Source: an uncultured Porphyromonadaceae bacterium (GTDB lineage Bacteria > Bacteroidota > Bacteroidia > Bacteroidales > Muribaculaceae). Taken from it: 64,000 nt of DNA. The notes beneath the pieces were generated by a model. The model worked only from the letters and a program-made list of their open reading frames with translations. It had not been told where the DNA came from and did not search any database. The stretch spans positions 54,837 to 118,836 of the forward strand of contig CANSRU010000001.1 of the NCBI GenBank assembly GCA_947649495.1, given 5' to 3'. Shown here in pieces: positions 58,610-64,000 of the stretch (positions are counted from its first letter, which is position 1; each line of letters opens with the position of its first letter). A program made the translations under genes and the position numbers.

Positions 58610-61474
58610 ATGGATTCTTTTGAACTCTCCACAGACACATACGACACCTCCTCATTGCGGTCGCGTCCGGCTTCCGAACCCCGCATAGAGGAGGAAAAGC
58701 CTATAGAGGAGGCTCCCAAAGCCGCCCCTCGCCAAGCCACCCCAAGGGCCAAAGCTGCCCCCAAGGCCGAGGCACGCCCTTCGGCCACCACTCCGAAACA
58801 GCACACGGCCAGACAAGCAGGGGTGAAATTCAGCGACCTGTTTGCCGACGGACGTCTGCGCATATTCACCGGCATACTGCTCATACTTGTGGCAGCCTAC
58901 ATGCTCATTGTGTCCATATCATATATGTCGCATGGCGCTGCCGACCAAAGCGTGGTGCTCAACCGCACCCCCGATGCGATAGCCGCCGCACCCGATGCCG
59001 TGCAGAACACAGGCGGATGGTTCGGGGCATTCCTGTCGCACATGTTGGTTTACAGGTGGCTCGGCATAGGTGCGTTCATCATCATATTCTATGTGGGAGC
59101 GGTAGGAGTCACATTGGTAGGGCTCCACAGATTCCGGTTCTGGCGGCTTACATTCCGCTGCCTCATCTCGGCCATAGCCGCATCGATAATCATAGGCCTG
59201 CTATGCTACAACCAGGCATCTGAAACCTACTGGGGTGGCGAACATGGATATTACATAAACCAGTTCCTCATAACCAATTCCGGAATATGGGGAGCGGCCG
59301 GAGTGAGCATACTCCTGCTGTCGGCACTGATACTCATATTCCTCGACTATATCTCAAAAGTATTCAGATTCATAATCCGCAGGATAAAGGCTTATAAAGC
59401 AACGCTCGCCGAACGGCATGCCGCCGCCCTGCGCGAAGCGGAAGAGGCCGAACGCCTTGCCCGCGAGGAGCGTGAGGAAGCCGAAAGGCTCAAAGCCGAG
59501 GCCGGAATGCAGGAGCATGAGACTGCCGAAAGCACAACTGAAATCAACGTGGCCACTGCCACCGTAGAGGAACAGACTGAACCGACAGAATCGCAGGTTA
59601 CGCTCAGACAGGAATGCCCCGCACTGACCGACATAGACTCTCCTATGGCCGAGGCAGATAATCGACAGCCCGAGGTGGTTGTGGCACCATCGTTAATGGA
59701 TGGCGAGGATGCCGACAATATTACAGCCTCGGAAAATATCCTTGACACGACAATGGAGGAAACCGCCTCCGTCACCATCGACAACACCCCCACGGCTCCG
59801 GCTGTAACCACCACCGGTGTAAGCCTTATGGAACTTCCTGCAGCTACGGAAAACGCTCTTGCCGAGATTCCAACAGCCGTTGACGACGACAATGAGAACG
59901 ACAACGAGGAGGCAAGCAGCACCACACTTGAGGTGGAGCGCCCTGAGATAGAGGTGGCCGAAGTGATAGACAGCAGCATATACGATCCCACGGCCGAACT
60001 CAGCCGCTACCGGTTGCCCTCCATAGAGCTGCTTAAAGTGCGCGAATCGGCCGGAGCAAACATCGACGAAGAGGAGCAGGAGGAGAACAAGGAACGGATA
60101 ATCCACACCCTGCAGGCCTACGGCATAGAGATATCAAGCATCAAAGCCACTGTGGGACCCACGATAACGCTATATGAGATAGTTCCCGCCGAGGGTGTGC
60201 GCATAGCCAAAATCAAACGCCTTGGCGATGACATGACCCTCAGCCTGTCGGCAATAGGCATACGCATAATCGCCCCTATGCCTGGCAAAGGCACAATAGG
60301 CATGGAGGTCCCCAACAAAAACCCGCAGACTGTGAGCATACGCTCCATCCTCTCGTCGAAAGCCTACATCGAGTCGAAAGCCGAACTCCCTATGGCCATG
60401 GGTACCACCATATCCAACGAAGTGTTTGTGTCAGACCTCGCAAAAATGCCCCATCTGCTCGTGGCCGGAGCCACCGGTATGGGAAAATCAGTGGGACTCA
60501 ACACCATAATAGCATCGCTGCTCTACAAGAAGCATCCCGCCGAGCTCAAATTTGTGCTCGTTGACCCAAAGATGGTGGAGTTCAGTCTCTACAAATGCCT
60601 TGAACGGCACTATCTGGCCAAACTGCCCGAGGAGGACGATGCCATAATAACCGACCCGACCAAGGTGGTGACCACGCTCAATTCGCTATGCGTGGAGATG
60701 GACAACCGCTACGCGCTTCTGTCGCAGGCCGGCATGCGTGGCATCAAGGAGTACAACCAGAAGTTCATATCCCGTCGCTTGAATCCTGAGAAAGGGCACC
60801 GCTACCTACCATATATTGTGGTGATTATCGACGAGTTTGCCGACCTCATCCTCACAGCAGGCAAAGAGGTGGAAACTCCTATATCGCGCATCGCTGCCAA
60901 GGCTCGCGCCGTGGGCATACACATGATTCTCGCCACACAGCGTCCGAGCGTCAATGTGATAACCGGTGTGATAAAAGCCAACTTCCCCGGACGAATGGCC
61001 TTCCGTGTAACAACGATGACCGACTCCCGCACCATACTCGACCGACCCGGAGCAGAGCAACTTGTGGGACGAGGCGACATGCTGATGTCGCGCGACGGAA
61101 TGATAGAGCGCGTGCAGTGCGCGTTCATAGACACCGACGAGGTAGAGGCAATGTGCGGCAGCATATCCGATCAGATAGGCTATCCTACCGCATACGAGCT
61201 TCCCGACTATGTGGCAGCGGGTGAAGGTGGCCAAGGCAATCTCGGCAGCGTAGCCGACCGCGACCCTCTCTTTGCCGATGCCGGACGCGCCACCATCGAA
61301 TCGGGCACCGGCTCCACATCGTATCTGCAACGCAAATACAACATAGGCTATCCGCGGGCAGGAAAAATCATGGACCAACTCGAAATGGCCGGTGTGGTAG
61401 GCCCATCGCAGGGTGGTAAACCCCGTTCGGTGCTCATGGACATGTACAGCTTCGAGCGGATGCTCGAAGGGTGA
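58610..61474 (+). CDS. ftsK: DNA translocase FtsK
   Basis: 954 aa. It has an N-terminal TM domain, an acidic low-complexity linker, a motor domain with Walker A (GATGMGKS) and Walker B (VVIIDEFAD), and a C-terminal gamma domain (YLQRKYNIGYPRAGKIMDQLE). Confidence 0.95.
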   Translation: MDSFELSTDTYDTSSLRSRPASEPRIEEEKPIEEAPKAAPRQATPRAKAAPKAEARPSATTPKQHTARQAGVKFSDLFADGRLRIFTGILLILVAAYMLIVSISYMSHGAADQSVVLNRTPDAIAAAPDAVQNTGGWFGAFLSHMLVYRWLGIGAFIIIFYVGAVGVTLVGLHRFRFWRLTFRCLISAIAASIIIGLLCYNQASETYWGGEHGYYINQFLITNSGIWGAAGVSILLLSALILIFLDYISKVFRFIIRRIKAYKATLAERHAAALREAEEAERLAREEREEAERLKAEAGMQEHETAESTTEINVATATVEEQTEPTESQVTLRQECPALTDIDSPMAEADNRQPEVVVAPSLMDGEDADNITASENILDTTMEETASVTIDNTPTAPAVTTTGVSLMELPAATENALAEIPTAVDDDNENDNEEASSTTLEVERPEIEVAEVIDSSIYDPTAELSRYRLPSIELLKVRESAGANIDEEEQEENKERIIHTLQAYGIEISSIKATVGPTITLYEIVPAEGVRIAKIKRLGDDMTLSLSAIGIRIIAPMPGKGTIGMEVPNKNPQTVSIRSILSSKAYIESKAELPMAMGTTISNEVFVSDLAKMPHLLVAGATGMGKSVGLNTIIASLLYKKHPAELKFVLVDPKMVEFSLYKCLERHYLAKLPEEDDAIITDPTKVVTTLNSLCVEMDNRYALLSQAGMRGIKEYNQKFISRRLNPEKGHRYLPYIVVIIDEFADLILTAGKEVETPISRIAAKARAVGIHMILATQRPSVNVITGVIKANFPGRMAFRVTTMTDSRTILDRPGAEQLVGRGDMLMSRDGMIERVQCAFIDTDEVEAMCGSISDQIGYPTAYELPDYVAAGEGGQGNLGSVADRDPLFADAGRATIESGTGSTSYLQRKYNIGYPRAGKIMDQLEMAGVVGPSQGGKPRSVLMDMYSFERMLEG

Positions 61475-61531
61475 GCCATGCAACTTTCACACCGTCTCAA
61501 TTGTTAATCCACTGACTCATAAAAAAGATAT

Positions 61532-62152
61532 ATGTCACGAAAAATTTCCATAATCACACTCCTTCTGGCCATATTTGCATCGGTCAATATGTACGGAGCT
61601 GAAACTGCCGCGCAGGTACTTGACCGCGCGGCCGATAAATTCCGCAAAGCACAGTCGGTAAGCGCCGGCTACACCCTCACAGCATCGGGAAGCGGCAGCG
61701 CAAGCGGTACGGTGACGCTTGCCGGCGACAAGTTCCACATGACCTCGCCACAGCTCACCACATGGTACGACGGCGTCACACAGTGGACCTACGTTGCCGC
61801 CGACAACGAGGTTACAGTATCGACCCCTACCCCCCACGAGCTTCAGCAGATAAATCCCCTGCTGATAATCAACTCGTTCCGCCAAGGCTACACACCGGTA
61901 CTTCTCAAGGCTCCAGCCGACAAAAGAAAAGTGCGACTTACAGCCAACAACAAGAAAGCCGACATAAAACAGGCCGTTGTGACCATAAACGCCACAACAT
62001 ATCTCCCCGACGAGATTTCACTCACCATGGCAAATGGACAAATCATGTCCATAAAACTGACAAAGGTGACCATCGGCAAGAAACTTCCAGCCGATACCTT
62101 CCGGTTTGACAAGAAAAAATACCCCCGGGCAGAAGTGATAGACCTACGATAA
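61532..62152 (+). CDS. lolA: LolA-like outer membrane lipoprotein carrier/sorting protein
   Basis: 206 aa with a signal peptide and a LolA-like beta-barrel pattern. It follows the conserved ftsK-lolA gene order. Confidence 0.7.
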   Translation: MSRKISIITLLLAIFASVNMYGAETAAQVLDRAADKFRKAQSVSAGYTLTASGSGSASGTVTLAGDKFHMTSPQLTTWYDGVTQWTYVAADNEVTVSTPTPHELQQINPLLIINSFRQGYTPVLLKAPADKRKVRLTANNKKADIKQAVVTINATTYLPDEISLTMANGQIMSIKLTKVTIGKKLPADTFRFDKKKYPRAEVIDLR

Positions 62153-62188
62153 CTGAATTTTCCTCATAAACCATTATCCAATAAAAAG

Positions 62189-63130
62189 ATGAATACAACC
62201 AACACAAAATGCCTGATTATAGGCTCCGGCCCGGCCGGATATACAGCGGCACTCTATACATCCCGCGCCAATCTGTCGCCTCTTCTCTACGAGGGACATC
62301 AGCCCGGCGGACAGCTTACAATAACAACCGAAGTGGAGAACTTTCCGGGCTATCCCGAAGGCACCACCGGCACACAGCTGATGGAGGACATACGCCGTCA
62401 GGCCATAAAATTCGGCGCCGATGTACGTCCCGGAATCGTGACCGAAGTGGATTTCTCCCAGCGTCCGTTCAAGGTGAAAGTTGACGACGGCACGCAGATT
62501 CTGGCCGAAACAGTAATTATATCCACCGGAGCCACAGCCAAGTTCCTCGGACTTCCCGACGAGCAGCGCTATATGGGACTGGGCGTGTCGGCCTGTGCCA
62601 CCTGCGACGGTTTTTTCTACCGCAAGAAACGTGTGGCCGTGGTAGGCGGTGGCGACACAGCCTGCGAGGAAGCGCTATACCTCAGCAATATAGCCGCCGA
62701 TGTGTTCCTGATTGTGCGCAAAGACCATCTTCGTGCATCGAAAGTGATGCAACGCCGCGTGCTTGAAAAGCCTAACATCAAAGTTCTGTTCAACACCAAC
62801 ACCGCCGGACTTTACGGCGAAGAGTTCCTCGAGGGCGCCCATCTTGTGGAGAACAAAGGGACAGACAATGAACAGCACTACGACCTTGCCATTGACGGAT
62901 TCTTCCTTGCAATAGGCCACAAGCCCAATACAGATGTGTTCGCAAAATACATTGAGCTCGACGAGACCGGCTACATCAAAACCAACGGCCACTCCACCGC
63001 CACCAATGTGGAGGGTGTATTTGCTGCCGGCGACGTAGCCGACCCGCATTACCGTCAGGCTATCACAGCAGCCGGAAGCGGATGCCGTGCCGCCCTCGAT
63101 GCCGAACGCTTCCTGGCCGAACAGGAATAA
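62189..63130 (+). CDS. trxB: thioredoxin-disulfide reductase
   Basis: 313 aa with IIGSGPAGYTAA, the redox-active CATCDG and the NADPH site VVGGGDTA. Confidence 0.95.
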   Translation: MNTTNTKCLIIGSGPAGYTAALYTSRANLSPLLYEGHQPGGQLTITTEVENFPGYPEGTTGTQLMEDIRRQAIKFGADVRPGIVTEVDFSQRPFKVKVDDGTQILAETVIISTGATAKFLGLPDEQRYMGLGVSACATCDGFFYRKKRVAVVGGGDTACEEALYLSNIAADVFLIVRKDHLRASKVMQRRVLEKPNIKVLFNTNTAGLYGEEFLEGAHLVENKGTDNEQHYDLAIDGFFLAIGHKPNTDVFAKYIELDETGYIKTNGHSTATNVEGVFAAGDVADPHYRQAITAAGSGCRAALDAERFLAEQE

Positions 63131-63154
63131 CAACACACATCCAACCATACACTG

Positions 63155-63194
63155 AAACTGCTGCCTGTACATTTGCTCAGGCGGCAGTTTTTTT
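63155..63194 (+). terminator. intrinsic terminator after trxB
   Basis: AAACTGCTGCCTG (63155-67) pairs with CAGGCGGCAGTTT (63178-90, one G.U) and runs into a T-run ending at 63194. Confidence 0.8.
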
Positions 63195-63245
63195 ATCTCC
63201 CCACACCAAGATTCCAACAAAACTTTGCGGGCAGATATATTGTTA

Positions 63246-63258
63246 TTGTAATACAATT
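63246..63258. promoter_or_regulatory. 13-bp palindrome ATTGTA-A-TACAAT, candidate operator of the toxin-antitoxin promoter
   Basis: A perfect 6-bp inverted repeat lies just upstream of the TATATTTG box at 63264-63271. RHH antitoxins typically autoregulate through such palindromes. Confidence 0.35.
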
Positions 63259-63263
63259 ATAGT

Positions 63264-63271
63264 ATATTTGC
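63264..63271 (+). promoter_or_regulatory. -7 promoter box TATATTTG upstream of the antitoxin gene
   Basis: Matches TAnnTTTG, 20 nt before the ATG at 63291. Confidence 0.45.
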
Positions 63272-63290
63272 AGCATATAAGATTAGAACT

Positions 63291-63548
63291 ATGGATGTAG
63301 CATTGACTAAAAGGAATCAGAGCTTCCGCTTGTCTGTTGATTTGATTAACCGACTGAAGCTAATGGCAAAGCGTCAAAACCGCAGTCTTAACAACTTTGT
63401 AGAAACACTATTGTTGGACGCCGCCTATCATGAGCCTAATGCTGAAACGCTTGCTGCGATGGAAGAAGCTCGTAATGGAAAACTACGGGATGTCCCAACC
63501 TTGGACTTATCTTCTATTGAAGCAATGGAGAAATCTATGGGCTTATGA
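63291..63548 (+). CDS. type II antitoxin, ribbon-helix-helix (CopG/RelB-like)
   Basis: 85 aa with an N-terminal RHH pattern (FRLSVDLINRLKLMAKRQNRSLNNFVETLL). A 4-nt ATGA overlap links it to the toxin gene. Confidence 0.75.
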   Translation: MDVALTKRNQSFRLSVDLINRLKLMAKRQNRSLNNFVETLLLDAAYHEPNAETLAAMEEARNGKLRDVPTLDLSSIEAMEKSMGL

Positions 63549-63817
63549 AGAAGCTGAAACCAACTCCGCAATATAAAAAAGATTACAAACGCTTTCGCAA
63601 CAACCCACAAAAGAAACAGAAACTGTTTGAGATTCTTAATATGCTTCAAAACGAGATTCCCATTCCGGCAAAGAATAGACCTCACATGCTTACGGGCAAC
63701 TATGCCGGATATATGGAATGTCATATAGAGGGAGATTTCTTGCTCATATGGTTTGACCCTGAAACAGACCAAATAGACCTCATCCGCCTCGGCTCACACT
63801 CAGAGTTATTCGGATAA
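63545..63817 (+). CDS. yafQ: type II toxin, YafQ-like (RelE/ParE superfamily mRNA interferase)
   Basis: 90 aa with KKDYKRF..., HMLTGNYAGYMECHIEGDFLLIW and the C-terminal LIRLGSHSELF, all characteristic of YafQ-type toxins. Confidence 0.8.
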   Translation: MKKLKPTPQYKKDYKRFRNNPQKKQKLFEILNMLQNEIPIPAKNRPHMLTGNYAGYMECHIEGDFLLIWFDPETDQIDLIRLGSHSELFG

Positions 63818-64000
63818 CGCTGACAGTGTATTGTTCAGTTTTTCCAACAAACTTGATACTTCATTATTCGATGGTATGGGAATAGGTGGGATATCATTGC
63901 TTGACGACATGATGGGCATGAAAGTATTGAAACTACCCGCGGAAGGAAGTTTTTTGAGGGACAAGGGTGGAATTATGCATAAATTGAGTAACTTTGTTAC
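63806..64000 (-). CDS. partial ORF (C-terminal 64 codons, gene continues beyond the right edge); possibly restriction-modification specificity-subunit-like
   Basis: The reverse frame is open from the window edge to the stop at 63808-63806 (...FMPIMSSSNDIPPIPIPSNNEVSSLLEKLNNTLSALSE*). The IPIPSxxE...LLEKL tail loosely resembles the conserved helix junction of HsdS proteins. It overlaps the toxin gene 3' end by 12 nt. Confidence 0.3.
   Translation of the reverse strand, partial: VTKLLNLCIIPPLSLKKLPSAGSFNTFMPIMSSSNDIPPIPIPSNNEVSSLLEKLNNTLSALSE

Noticed and set aside
1-64000. I looked for CRISPR arrays, rRNA operons, IS elements or transposases, integrases, prophage genes, DGR/retron reverse transcriptases and invertible promoters flanked by long inverted repeats.
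   Set aside because: I found no regularly spaced direct repeats, no rRNA-like conserved stretches and no recombinase or RT-like ORFs in the six-frame track. The inverted repeats that I did find do not flank the promoter boxes.

Overview
This 64-kb window reads as core chromosome of a Bacteroidales (Bacteroidota) bacterium, at roughly 50% GC by eye. Supporting signs are that many genes sit 20-50 nt downstream of the Bacteroidetes -7 promoter box TAnnTTTG, there is no obvious Shine-Dalgarno pattern, and the gene content is typical of the order. I call 58 protein-coding genes plus one candidate leader peptide ORF; two of the genes are truncated by the window edges. I also call one tRNA-Leu(UAG), about a dozen hairpin terminators and 17 promoter boxes. 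From left to right the blocks are: arginine biosynthesis (argC fragment, argG, GNAT); an NhaD-type antiporter; hisS; an aromatic amino-acid operon (pheA, aminotransferase, DAHP synthase/chorismate mutase, tyrA); fur-purA; DUF1015 plus a small membrane protein; purL; a purF-like gene; etfB-etfA-acyl-CoA dehydrogenase; hemW, an AddB-like nuclease and holB; rlmH; nadC; a MATE pump; a FAD protein; ilvA; maeB; alkaline phosphatase plus a glycosidase-like protein; a phosphoesterase; a SPOR lipoprotein; two orphan lipoproteins; a TolC/adaptor/RND efflux operon with a coupled small P-II-like gene; tRNA-Leu; a ClC channel; ptb-buk; efp; a UDG-family glycosylase; a lipoprotein; dedA; rpe; ftsK-lolA; trxB; and an RHH/YafQ toxin-antitoxin pair at the AT-richer right edge. 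I saw no CRISPR array, rRNA, transposase, integrase or prophage genes. I do not see a convincing novel multi-gene system, and the region is mostly housekeeping. The observations most worth follow-up are: (1) a Phe/Tyr-rich 17-codon leader ORF with terminator and antiterminator helices upstream of the aromatic operon; (2) a PurF-like amidotransferase with Gly where the N-terminal nucleophile Cys should be; (3) two long, structured 5' regions upstream of orphan lipoprotein genes, one of them preceded by a G8 tract; (4) a P-II-like small ORF translationally coupled to the RND pump; (5) the toxin-antitoxin module and the composition shift at the right edge. All functional calls come from my recognition of translated motifs; no database search was run.
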